Part shown: positions 26,857 to 35,028 of the stretch, in pieces
How the letters are laid out: each line of letters starts with the position of its first letter
Position numbering within the stretch: the stretch's first letter is position 1
NCBI GenBank assembly: GCA_945861755.1
Contig: CAMAVQ010000003.1
Coordinates: 5,689-69,688, forward strand
Direction of reading: 5' to 3'
DNA: 64,000 nucleotides
DNA from: Gemmatimonas phototrophica
GTDB taxonomy: Bacteria > Latescibacterota > UBA2968 > UBA8231
Translations under genes and position numbers: made by a program
Notes under the pieces: generated by a model
What the model saw: only the letters and a program-made list of their open reading frames with translations
Database searches by the model: none
Told to the model about the DNA's origin: nothing

Positions 26857-27564
26857 TCAGATGATGACCCCACCCAGGCGGCTGTAGCGCACCCGGGCGG
26901 GCAGCCGCCAGAGGAAGGTGCCGGCCAGCGCGGGGATGGAGGCCAGGCCGGTATAGTAAGGGGGACGGGTGTCCGATTCCCACGACCAGTAGATGAGCAT
27001 GGCCTTGCCCTTGACCAGTTCCCTGGACACGGCCCCGAAATAGCGGCTGTCGGCGCTGTTGTCCCGGTTGTCGCCCATCATAAAGAAATGGCCGGGCGGC
27101 ACGGTGAAGGGGCCGAAATTGTCGCGTGGCTGGACCGTGGCCGGGTAGGTCTCGGAGTCGGTGTGTTTGGACAGGGGCGGGTTGGGAGAGGGCTTGCCGT
27201 CGACGTAGAGCACCTTGTCGATGACCTGGAGCTTTTGGCCGCCCACGGCCACGCAGCGTTTGATCAGGTCGCGGTCCGGATCGGTGGGGGAACGGAAGAT
27301 GACGATATCCCCCGGTTGGGGATCGCGCAGTCCAGGCAGGCGGAACAGGGTGTAGTCGGCCATGGGGATGTCGACGGGGGCCCCGTAGACGAATTTGTTG
27401 GCCAGCAGATAGTCGCCCACCAGCAGGGTGTCCTCCATGGAACCCGAAGGGATGTAGAAGGCCTGGACCACGGTGGTGCGGATGAAAAGGGCCAGGCCCA
27501 CGGCGATCAGGAGGGAGGAGGTGTACTCCTTGACGGTGGACTTGGGCGTAGGTTGACCGGGCAT
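26857..27564 (-). CDS. lepB: Signal peptidase I
   Basis: 235 aa from ATG 27562-27564. TM helix SSLLIAVGLALFI, catalytic Ser box IPSGSMEDTL, Lys box DLIKRCVAVGGQ and GDNRDNSADSRYFG. The long upstream extension of the ORF (to 28182) is discounted. Confidence 0.9.
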   Translation of the reverse strand: MPGQPTPKSTVKEYTSSLLIAVGLALFIRTTVVQAFYIPSGSMEDTLLVGDYLLANKFVYGAPVDIPMADYTLFRLPGLRDPQPGDIVIFRSPTDPDRDLIKRCVAVGGQKLQVIDKVLYVDGKPSPNPPLSKHTDSETYPATVQPRDNFGPFTVPPGHFFMMGDNRDNSADSRYFGAVSRELVKGKAMLIYWSWESDTRPPYYTGLASIPALAGTFLWRLPARVRYSRLGGVII

Positions 27565-27609
27565 AGGTAATTCTCTGGGGTTTGGAGAGGCGATGGCAAT
27601 GATGGTAGG

Positions 27610-27638
27610 AGTATAATAAACGGGCAGGGGGTTGTAAA
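27610..27638 (-). promoter_or_regulatory. Candidate sigma70-type promoter for the lepB-mpa-dop-pup-prcBA-pafA block (TTTACA-17 nt-TATACT)
   Basis: Minus-strand read: tttaca accccctgcccgtttat tatact. The -35 and -10 each match consensus 5/6, with an exact 17-nt spacer. It ends about 45 nt upstream of the lepB ATG. Confidence 0.5.
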
Positions 27639-27665
27639 TACAGCCGGATGCGGGCCGGGAATCGC

Positions 27666-27694
27666 TTGTGAAAGCCGGGGGACGGTGATATAAT
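27666..27694 (+). promoter_or_regulatory. Candidate sigma70-type promoter for the tandem MBL genes (TTGTGA-17 nt-TATAAT)
   Basis: ttgtga aagccgggggacggtga tataat. Consensus -10 and a 17-nt spacer. It ends about 38 nt upstream of the ATG at 27733. Confidence 0.5.
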
Positions 27695-27732
27695 TGTAGC
27701 AACTTGCCGCGAGAGGGTGGATTTTGGCAGCG

Positions 27733-28605
27733 ATGCAGATCTCTTTTTGGGGAGTGAGGGGTTCCTTCCCGGTGTGCCGAGCGCAGAGCCTGCGCTACGG
27801 GGGCAATACCCCCTGCCTGGAGATCGATGCTGGTGAGGCGGTGATTCTCATCGACGCCGGCACCGGCATCCGGGCTGCCGGCCAGGCGCTGGTGGAGCGG
27901 GGGGTGAAGGAGATTCACCTGCTCCTGAGCCACGCCCACTGGGACCACATTCAGGGCTTCCCCTATTTTGCCCCCCTGCACCAGCCCGGAACCTGCATCC
28001 GCATCTATTCTCTTCGCCGCCCGGGCACGGCCCTGGGGACCATCTTCGCCGACCAGCAGCGCCACCCCTTTTTCCCGGTGGCCCTCGACCAACAGGCCGC
28101 CCGGCTGGAGTTTGTGGAGCTGGATGAGGGACAGGTGGTGGAGATCGGGGATACCCAGGTGTCCAGTCGGCGGCTCAATCACCCCAGTGTGACCGGAGGG
28201 TTTCGCCTCGAAAGGCAGGGCCGGACCTTCGCCTACCTGTCCGACGTGGACCTCTACACCAAGTTGTTGCTGGGCGAGGGGCTGCAGACCCCCAGCGCCG
28301 CGGAGCGCCAGCAGCGGCTGGCGGGGCTATTGGCGGGTGTCTGTGCGCTGGCGCACGGCGCTGATCTGGCGGTCTGCGATACCTTTTTTAGGCCCGAGGA
28401 CTACGAGCCCAGTTGGGGTCACAGCCGTCCCGAGGACGCCTTGCGCCTGGCCAGGGACACCGGCATCGGGCAGCTGGTGCTCTTCCATCACGAACCCCAC
28501 CGCAGCGACGAGGAAATCGACGAGTTGCTGGCCCACTACCGCCGGCAGGCCGGGGGGGGGCTGGAAGTGCTCGCTGCCGCCGAAGGGTTGGCGCTGAGCC
28601 TGTGA
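27733..28605 (+). CDS. MBL-fold metallo-hydrolase (paralogue 1)
   Basis: MQISFWGVRGSFP start, HxHxDH motif (SHAHWDHIQGFPYF) and C-terminal LVLFHHEPHRSD. ATG 27733 is taken in preference to the ORF-track start at 27724. Confidence 0.8.
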   Translation: MQISFWGVRGSFPVCRAQSLRYGGNTPCLEIDAGEAVILIDAGTGIRAAGQALVERGVKEIHLLLSHAHWDHIQGFPYFAPLHQPGTCIRIYSLRRPGTALGTIFADQQRHPFFPVALDQQAARLEFVELDEGQVVEIGDTQVSSRRLNHPSVTGGFRLERQGRTFAYLSDVDLYTKLLLGEGLQTPSAAERQQRLAGLLAGVCALAHGADLAVCDTFFRPEDYEPSWGHSRPEDALRLARDTGIGQLVLFHHEPHRSDEEIDELLAHYRRQAGGGLEVLAAAEGLALSL

Positions 28606-28618
28606 GAAAGGGTCGCTG

Positions 28619-29458
28619 TTGCAGGTAAAGGTCTGGGGCGCCAGAGGATCGGTGCCGGCGCCGACGCCGGCCAATGCCAAGTACGGGGGAGACACCTGCT
28701 GCGTTGAGGTGCGGACCCCTGGCGGGACGGTGCTCATCCTCGACGCCGGCATGGGGTTACACTGGCTGGGCCGGGCCCTGATGGCAGAGGCCTTCGGCGG
28801 GGGCCAGGGCGAGGCCCACCTGCTCTTGAGCCACACCCACTGGGGGCACATCCAGGGCATTCCTTTTTTTACCCCGCTGCTGATCGCCGGCAACCGCTTC
28901 TCGCTCTACGGGCCGGGCGAGGGGGAGCCACTCCAGGACGCGATGCGCCAACAGCTGCATCCCACCTATTGTCCAGTGCCCAATTTTTTCAACGACCAGG
29001 TGGGCGCGACCATCCAGATTCACGAGGCGGAGGAGGGGGCTTTTGTCATCGGGGATGCGCAGGTGGCGGTCCGGCGGGTCAACCACAGCCCCGGCATCAC
29101 CTGTTTTGCCTACCGGATCGAAGCGGGGGGCCGCGCCCTGGCCTATATCCCAGATGTCGAGTACCTGGAACCGGCCCAGCGCCGGCCCGCATTGGAACTG
29201 GCCCACCGCGCTGACCTGCTCTTCCACGACGCCCACTGGAGTGCCGGGGATTACCGCCCGGGCTGGGGCCATGCCAGCGATCGGGATGCCGTGGCGCTGG
29301 CCGGCGAGGCCGGGGTCCGCCGGCTGGCCCTCTTTCACCATCACCCCGAACGCAGCGACCAGGAGATCGACGCGGCGGTGGCCGCTTATCAAGGACAGGA
29401 GGTGGTGGTGGAAGGGGCGCAGCAGGGGCAGAGTTACCAGCTGGGGAAAAAGCCATGA
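28619..29458 (+). CDS. MBL-fold metallo-hydrolase (paralogue 2)
   Basis: MQVKVWGARGSVP start (TTG at 28619), SHTHWGHIQGIPFF (the Asp of HxHxDH is replaced by Gly) and LALFHHHPERSD. Collinear with paralogue 1. Confidence 0.75.
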   Translation: MQVKVWGARGSVPAPTPANAKYGGDTCCVEVRTPGGTVLILDAGMGLHWLGRALMAEAFGGGQGEAHLLLSHTHWGHIQGIPFFTPLLIAGNRFSLYGPGEGEPLQDAMRQQLHPTYCPVPNFFNDQVGATIQIHEAEEGAFVIGDAQVAVRRVNHSPGITCFAYRIEAGGRALAYIPDVEYLEPAQRRPALELAHRADLLFHDAHWSAGDYRPGWGHASDRDAVALAGEAGVRRLALFHHHPERSDQEIDAAVAAYQGQEVVVEGAQQGQSYQLGKKP

Positions 29459-29901
29459 GGGTATGGGGGCTGATCGCGGTGCTGGCGCTGGTTGCGTGCG
29501 GCCAGCGCGGCAAGTCTCAGGCAGCGGGTAAAGACTATCTGCAGGAAGTACAACAAGTGTTACAAGAGTTGCGGGTCCTCGATCAACAGATCGCCGTCCA
29601 GGTCACCGCCGATACCCTCGACAGCAGCAGCATCGTGCCGCTGATCCGCCAGCGGTACCGGCCAGCCCTGGCCGAGCTGCACCAGCGGGTCAGCGGATTA
29701 AAACCGGATTCGGCCTTCGCCGCGGTCAACCAGCAACTGCTGCGTTACCTCGACCTGCGCCTGCACGCCTACGACCTGGCCATCCAGGGAGAGCGGGAGC
29801 AGCGCCAGGAACTCTTCGAGGAATTCTCTGCCCTCCAGGTGCAAGCCGACGCCGTGGGCCGGAGCCTGGAGGAGGAGCTGCGCCAGGTCCGGCACAAGTA
29901 G
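29455..29901 (+). CDS. Small coiled-coil lipoprotein (function unknown)
   Basis: 148 aa. Lipobox LALVAC after a signal sequence. The start overlaps the upstream stop (ATGA 29455-29458). Helical Gln/Glu/Leu-rich body. Confidence 0.65.
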   Translation: MRVWGLIAVLALVACGQRGKSQAAGKDYLQEVQQVLQELRVLDQQIAVQVTADTLDSSSIVPLIRQRYRPALAELHQRVSGLKPDSAFAAVNQQLLRYLDLRLHAYDLAIQGEREQRQELFEEFSALQVQADAVGRSLEEELRQVRHK

Positions 29902-29903
29902 CT

Positions 29904-30002
29904 AAGGAGCGCCGGCTGAAGGTAGAGTACCAGAGCCTGGCAGACGAGCTGACGGAGATCAAGAACCGGCTGCACCAGGCCCGCGGCTCAACCCCGGGTT
30001 GA
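29904..30002 (+). other. Coding-like 32-codon segment in the -1 frame relative to the lipoprotein gene (possible frameshifted C-terminal extension)
   Basis: Translates to KERRLKVEYQSLADELTEIKNRLHQARGSTPG followed by a stop. 28/32 codons end in G/C. There is no in-frame start codon, and it continues the coiled-coil character of the upstream protein. Confidence 0.4.
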
Positions 30003-30028
30003 GCGCGGGCGTTCTCCCACCCGAGGAA

Positions 30029-31366
30029 ATGTTCATGACCGGCCCCACCGCCGGACCCCTGCAGGTCCATGCAACCAACCCCCGCTATTTTGCCGACCGC
30101 CACGGGCGGGCGGTCTACCTGATCGGTTCCCATACCTGGGACACCTTACAAGATTTGGGACAGACGGATCCGCCGGTCCCCTTCGACTTCGACGCGCATC
30201 TGGATTTTCTCGTTGCCCGCGGCCACAATTTCATCCGCCTGTGGCGCTGGGAGCTGGTCCGCTGGGATACCGGAGCCAACCAGGAGGAGATGGCCAAGGA
30301 GTTGGTGGCCGCGCCCCACCCCTGGGCGCGGCCGGGGCCGGGGCTGGCCCTGGACGGCAAGCCGCGCTTTGACCTGAGGCAGTTCGATCCAGCATTCTTC
30401 GGCAGGCTGCGGTCCCGGGTGGAGGTGGCGGGCCGGCGCGGGATCTATGTCTCGGTGATGCTCTTCGAGGGTTGGGGCCTACGCTTCGTCGAGGGCGGCT
30501 GGGAAGCACATCCTTTCCATCCGGGCAACCGCCTGCCCCTCGGTGTGGGGGAGCCCACCGGCGCGGTGGACGGCAAGAACCTCTTCACTCTGGATTCGCC
30601 GGCCATCAACGCGCTGCAGGAGGCCTATGTGCGCCAGGTGGTCGATACGGTCAGCGACCTGGACAACGCGCTCTACGAAGTCGCCAACGAGAGCGATTTT
30701 TCCACCACGCTGTGGCAGTACCACCTGATCCGCCAAATCAAGGCCTACGAGGCCGGCAAGGCGCAGCAGCACCCGGTGGGCATGACCAGCATTGGCTACG
30801 GGGTCGATGATCTGGGCCGGCTGCTCGACAGCCCCGCCGACTGGATCTCCCCCAACCCCGACGGTTTCGACTACAAGAACGACCCCCCCGCTGCGACCGG
30901 GGCCAAGGTCATCCTGCTCGACACCGACCACCTGTGGGGCGTGGGCGGCAACGTGCAGTGGGTCTGGAAGAGTTTCACCCGCGGGCTGAATCCCATCTTC
31001 ATGGACCCCTATCTGCGGCAGGTGTTGGACATGGGGGACGAGGCCGAGTGGGAAGGGTGCCGCCGCGCCCTGGGGGTCACCCGCCGGCTGGCCGAGGAGG
31101 TGGGTATGGACGGGATGGTACCCCGACCGGAGCTGGCCAGTACCGGGTACTGCCTCTCCGAGGAGGGGCGGGTATATCTAGTGTACCTACCCGAAGGGGG
31201 CGAGGTGAGGGTGGATCTTTTGGGGGTGAGGGGACGGGTGCGCGCCGAGTGGCTCGATCCGCGGACGGGCAAGGCGAGGGACGGTGGAGAGGCAGAGGGT
31301 GGCGGGCGGGTGACGTGGACTGCGCCTGAGGCAGGCGATGCGGTACTTTGCGTCAGGGTCGCTTAG
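30029..31366 (+). CDS. Clan GH-A type glycoside hydrolase (GH5/GH140-like TIM barrel)
   Basis: ATG 30029 (MFMTGP...). NPRYFADRHGRAVYLIGSHTWDT N-terminal segment, an acid/base-type NE motif (LYEVANESD), and LLDTDHLWG. No signal peptide seen. The family assignment is approximate. Confidence 0.65.
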   Translation: MFMTGPTAGPLQVHATNPRYFADRHGRAVYLIGSHTWDTLQDLGQTDPPVPFDFDAHLDFLVARGHNFIRLWRWELVRWDTGANQEEMAKELVAAPHPWARPGPGLALDGKPRFDLRQFDPAFFGRLRSRVEVAGRRGIYVSVMLFEGWGLRFVEGGWEAHPFHPGNRLPLGVGEPTGAVDGKNLFTLDSPAINALQEAYVRQVVDTVSDLDNALYEVANESDFSTTLWQYHLIRQIKAYEAGKAQQHPVGMTSIGYGVDDLGRLLDSPADWISPNPDGFDYKNDPPAATGAKVILLDTDHLWGVGGNVQWVWKSFTRGLNPIFMDPYLRQVLDMGDEAEWEGCRRALGVTRRLAEEVGMDGMVPRPELASTGYCLSEEGRVYLVYLPEGGEVRVDLLGVRGRVRAEWLDPRTGKARDGGEAEGGGRVTWTAPEAGDAVLCVRVA

Positions 31367-31412
31367 GGCAGGACACCGGAGGTTTTCCGAAGCGCGCTGC
31401 GGCGCATTGTTT

Positions 31413-32225
31413 TTAACGGAACAGAGAGCGAAAGTAATCTCGCAAACGGACGGTCTCGGTCAGGTCATTGCCGCCGTACTCCAGTTCAATCCAGCCTCGG
31501 TACCCCGTTTTCTCCATCACCGCGAAGATACGTTTCCAGTCCAGGGTGTTGTCCGCCAGGGAAGACGAGCCGCTGTGCTTGTTGGTGCCGCGCGCGTGGA
31601 AATGGCTGGAGTACTGGATCAGCGATTCGATCTCCTGCTCGCGAAAACCGCGCGGAAAATGGTGGCCGTAGTCCAGAGTCAGGGTCAGGCCAGGGACATC
31701 CTGCACCAGTTTGGCTGCCCGCGCGGGGGTGTCGGCAAAGGAGCCGATATGGGGCTCGATTGCGAAGACGATGCGGTACTCCCGCGCCTTTTCCACCCGC
31801 CAGGCCAGCTCCTCTGCGGCACGGGCCAGGGAGTCGCGCCGGCTCTCTTCCTTGAAAAACACACCGGGCAGGCCGCTTAGGTGTTTGCCTTTGCACCCGG
31901 CGGCATAGTCCAGCGCCTTGAGGAAGGCCTCGCGGGCCTGGCGCCGGCGCTGGGGCTGGGGCTGGTTGACCGCATAGGATTCGTAGTCCAACGCCAGTTG
32001 CAGAAAAAGATCCGCTGCCACCAGGCCCTGGTCATCCAGCTTTTTTTTGAGATTGCGCGCCGAGCGGGACACGTTGGCAAACTCGCTGGAAGGCTGGAGA
32101 TGGGAGCGGTCCTCGAACAAGCCGATGTCCACCCCTTTGAACCCCAGCATGGAAATCAGCTGCAGCGCCTGATGGTGGGGCAGAATGGGAAAGGTAAAAT
32201 CAGCGCAGGCCAATTTGAGTTTCAT
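31413..32225 (-). CDS. Sugar phosphate isomerase/epimerase (xylose isomerase-like TIM barrel)
   Basis: 270 aa. MKLKLACADFTFP, GFKGVDIGLF, FAIEPH, and a HFHARG-type metal-ligand region. Confidence 0.8.
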   Translation of the reverse strand: MKLKLACADFTFPILPHHQALQLISMLGFKGVDIGLFEDRSHLQPSSEFANVSRSARNLKKKLDDQGLVAADLFLQLALDYESYAVNQPQPQRRRQAREAFLKALDYAAGCKGKHLSGLPGVFFKEESRRDSLARAAEELAWRVEKAREYRIVFAIEPHIGSFADTPARAAKLVQDVPGLTLTLDYGHHFPRGFREQEIESLIQYSSHFHARGTNKHSGSSSLADNTLDWKRIFAVMEKTGYRGWIELEYGGNDLTETVRLRDYFRSLFR

Positions 32226-32235
32226 GTGTCCTCCG

Positions 32236-32880
32236 TTAGCCGTGCCGTTCCTCGGTCCAGGGGTCGCCGTGGTTGTGGTAGCCGCGCACCTCCCAGAAAC
32301 CGGGTTGGTCCTGGGCGGTGAAGACCAGTTTGCGCAAGAATTTGGCGGATTTCCAGGCGTAGAGTTTGGGCACGATCAGGCGCATGGGGCCGCCGTGCTC
32401 CAGGGGCAGGGGCTGGCCAGAGAGTTCATAGGCCAGGATCACGTCCTCGTCCATGCAGTCGGCCAGGGGCATGTTGGTGGTGTACCCGTCGGCGCTGTGG
32501 GCGATGAGGAAACGGGCCGCTTCGGTGGGGCGGACCAGGGCGGCCAGGTCGAGGAAGTTGATCCCGGCCCAGGCCACGTCGTACTTGGACCAGGTGGTGA
32601 CGCAGTGGAAGTCGGCCACCTGGTCTTTTTTGGGCAAAAGCTGCACGAACCCGTCCCAGTCCACGTCGATGGGTTGTTCGACCTCGCCTTCCACCTGGAA
32701 GCGCCAGCGCTTGGCATGGAATTGGGGATGCACGCCCAAGTCGAGGATGGGGAAGCCGGTGGTCAGGTGTTGGCCTGGGGGCAGGCGGTCGCGGGTGGGG
32801 GCAGGGGCGCTGGGACCCTTGCTGCGGAAGCGCTCCAGCAGCTTGCGTTTGGCCTCCAGCATCTTCTCGTTGTATTCCAT
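32236..32880 (-). CDS. Sulfite-oxidase-like molybdopterin-binding oxidoreductase (short form)
   Basis: 214 aa from ATG 32878-32880 (MEYNEK...). DFHCVTTWSK (Mo-ligand Cys context), GGPMRLIVPKLYAWKSAKFL and FWEVRGYH. The ORF-track extension to 33228 overlaps the next gene and is discounted. Confidence 0.75.
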   Translation of the reverse strand: MEYNEKMLEAKRKLLERFRSKGPSAPAPTRDRLPPGQHLTTGFPILDLGVHPQFHAKRWRFQVEGEVEQPIDVDWDGFVQLLPKKDQVADFHCVTTWSKYDVAWAGINFLDLAALVRPTEAARFLIAHSADGYTTNMPLADCMDEDVILAYELSGQPLPLEHGGPMRLIVPKLYAWKSAKFLRKLVFTAQDQPGFWEVRGYHNHGDPWTEERHG

Positions 32881-32890
32881 CTGTCCTCGC

Positions 32891-33898
32891 TCAGCCTTTG
32901 ACCTGATCCACGTACACCACCTTCTCGCCCTCGATGGACTCGATGGCCGCGGCCAGCACCCGCTGGGCCGCCAGGCCGTCAGCACCGGAGCCGTCGATCT
33001 CCTCCGGGCGGGCGCCTTCGTCCAACTGCTCGACAAAACGACCCAGCCGGTTGCGGAAGGTATCCTCGAAACTGGCCATGCCGCCGAAGAGGGGATTGGT
33101 ATAGACCGTTTTTTCGAGGTTGCCGGCAGGGTACAGGGTCGCTTCGCGGAACATGTCCTCGATGACGAAACGCCCCTTGAGGCCGGCCACCTCGCAGCGC
33201 TCCATGGGATGTCCCCGCTCGATGTCATAGCTGCCGGTCAGGTGCCCCAGGGCCCCGCTCTTGAAGCGCATGTTGAACTGAGCGGTGGAGTAGATGGACC
33301 GGCCCGGCGCCTTGAGGGCGAAGCACTGCACGGCCTCGATGTCGCCGCAGAAGTAGCGCATGATGTCCACGGTGTGGGGGTGCAGGGCCTTGATCTGGAA
33401 CCAAGGCGAACTCTCGCGGGGGTTCTTGATCCACATGCTCATGTTCATAAAGAGCTGGTGGCCGATGCGTCCCTCCTCCACCCAGCGTTTGGCCAGCAGC
33501 GCTGCCGGGGTGAAGCGGTGGTTGAGATCGACGCCGAAGCAGCGGTTGAGGCGGCGGGCGGTGGCCACCATCTGCTCGGCCTTGGCGATCTCGTTGGAGA
33601 TGGGTTTCTCGCACAGGACGTGGGCCCCGGCCTCCAGGGCCTCGATGGTGGGCTGGTAGTGGTCGCTGCCGTACTCGTAGCCGCCGGTGGCGACGCTGAC
33701 CATGTCGGGGGCCAGGGCCTTCATCAGTTCGGCGACGCTGGAGAAGGCCGGCACTCCGAGGCGCTCGCTGGCCCGGCGGGCGCGTTCCTGGTCGATGTCA
33801 CACACGCCCACCAGTTGCGCGCGGGGCATCTCCTTATAGAGGTCGGCGTGCAGGTTGCCGATGGTCCCCAAGCCGACGACAGCTACTCTGATGGTCAT
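32891..33898 (-). CDS. Gfo/Idh/MocA family oxidoreductase
   Basis: MTIRVAVVGLGTIGNLH Rossmann start and VLCEKPIS motif. Paralogous to 33996..34982 (shared MWI.NP.ESSP and HPH..D.MRYF.GD). Confidence 0.85.
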   Translation of the reverse strand: MTIRVAVVGLGTIGNLHADLYKEMPRAQLVGVCDIDQERARRASERLGVPAFSSVAELMKALAPDMVSVATGGYEYGSDHYQPTIEALEAGAHVLCEKPISNEIAKAEQMVATARRLNRCFGVDLNHRFTPAALLAKRWVEEGRIGHQLFMNMSMWIKNPRESSPWFQIKALHPHTVDIMRYFCGDIEAVQCFALKAPGRSIYSTAQFNMRFKSGALGHLTGSYDIERGHPMERCEVAGLKGRFVIEDMFREATLYPAGNLEKTVYTNPLFGGMASFEDTFRNRLGRFVEQLDEGARPEEIDGSGADGLAAQRVLAAAIESIEGEKVVYVDQVKG

Positions 33899-33995
33899 AG
33901 TTGGCTTTCTATGCGCTGCGCGAGCGTTACACAGGGGGCGTCGGGAAGCGGCCCACTCCCCGCCGCGTTGCCCGTTACCGTCCCGCCAAAGGCGG

Positions 33996-34982
33996 TTACA
34001 GTGTAATCACCTTCCCGGTGTCCCAGGATTTGATCGCGGCTTCGATGACGAGTTGCACCTTGAGGGCGTCCTCGGCTTTGGCGTCGATCTTTTCGGGCAG
34101 GGTCTTTTTGCGCAGGTCCTCGATCCAGGCGCCGATGCGCGAGGGGAAGGTGTCGGGGAAACTTTTCATGCCGCCCAGGTGCTCGTAGCTTTCGACCTGG
34201 TTGGAGAAACGCGGGTGAAAGCTCAGCTTCTCGCAGGCCTCATTGATGATCACCCGGGCCTGGGAGCCGACTAACTCACAGGTTTCCAGGCCGTAGCTGC
34301 CGCCGGCGTCGTAGCTGCCGGTCAGGTGGCCGATGGTCCCGTTGGCGAAGAGCAGGTTGACCTGCACGTTGGACCAGATCTGGCGGCCCGGACCCTTCTT
34401 GAAGAAGGCCTGCACCTTGGCCACATCCCCGGCGAAGTAGCGCATAACATCGAGGGAATGGGGATGGAGGGCGCGCATGTGGAAGTGGGGGCTGGACTCG
34501 TTGGGGTTGTTGATCCACATGGTCATGTTGATGATGTTGAGTTCGCCCAGGCGGCCCTTGTCCAACCACTCCTTGGCGCGCACGGCCGAGGGGGTGAAGC
34601 GGTGGTTGAGGTTGATGCCGTAGGGGATCTTTTTCTGTTTGGCCAGGGCGACCATGCGGCGGGCCTTGGCGACTTCGTTGGAAATGGGTTTCTCGCCCAG
34701 CACCGGGATGCCGGCGGCCAGGAGTTCCATGGTGGGCTTATAATGATCCCCCCCGTTTTCTTTGCCGGCGCTGGTCACGCTGCAGGCATCGAGTTTGATG
34801 CCGCTCTTGAGCATCTCGCGGACGCTGTAGAAGGCGCGGGCCTGGTACTTCTCGGCCGCGGCGTCGGCCTTTTCTTTGATGAGATCGCAGACGGCCACGA
34901 TCTGGGTGTGCTTATTTTCGGTGTAGCAGCGGGCGTGTAAGTTGCCGATGCCGCCCAGGCCGACGATGCCGATACGCAACAT
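33996..34982 (-). CDS. Gfo/Idh/MocA family oxidoreductase
   Basis: MLRIGIVGLGGIGNLH start and VLGEKPIS motif. 328 aa. Paralogue of 32891..33898. Confidence 0.85.
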   Translation of the reverse strand: MLRIGIVGLGGIGNLHARCYTENKHTQIVAVCDLIKEKADAAAEKYQARAFYSVREMLKSGIKLDACSVTSAGKENGGDHYKPTMELLAAGIPVLGEKPISNEVAKARRMVALAKQKKIPYGINLNHRFTPSAVRAKEWLDKGRLGELNIINMTMWINNPNESSPHFHMRALHPHSLDVMRYFAGDVAKVQAFFKKGPGRQIWSNVQVNLLFANGTIGHLTGSYDAGGSYGLETCELVGSQARVIINEACEKLSFHPRFSNQVESYEHLGGMKSFPDTFPSRIGAWIEDLRKKTLPEKIDAKAEDALKVQLVIEAAIKSWDTGKVITL

Positions 34983-35028
34983 AGGATGCTCTCCTTGGCT
35001 GGTGATCCTCTTAGTTAATCTAACAAAA

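Noticed and set aside
26841-26873. GTG start at 26873 for mpa, as listed in the ORF track
   Set aside because: It would overlap the lepB 3' end by 17 nt. The ATG at 26840 gives a normal gap and still precedes the acidic N-terminal region. It is kept as an alternative only.
27565-28182. N-terminal 206-codon extension of the lepB ORF (the track lists it as 441 aa)
   Set aside because: LepB-like sequence begins only at the ATG at 27564. The extension runs through the AT-rich promoter spacer and antisense to the first MBL gene, and its translation is junk-like.
29892-29903. Programmed -1 ribosomal frameshift at the end of the lipoprotein gene
   Set aside because: The sequence GCACAAGTAG contains no X_XXY_YYZ slippery heptamer, and I saw no obvious downstream stimulatory structure. 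A mutational or assembly indel is the simpler explanation; it is reported as a finding instead.
31392-31414. GCGC...GCGC hairpin followed by TTGTTTTT after the GH gene, considered as an intrinsic terminator
   Set aside because: Only a 4-bp stem can be drawn, and the T-tract overlaps the stop codon of the convergent gene. This is too weak to report as a feature.
32881-33228. Extension of the Mo-oxidoreductase ORF to 330 aa
   Set aside because: It overlaps the 3' end of the upstream Gfo/Idh/MocA gene in another frame. Family similarity starts at MEYNEK (32880), 10 nt after that gene's stop.
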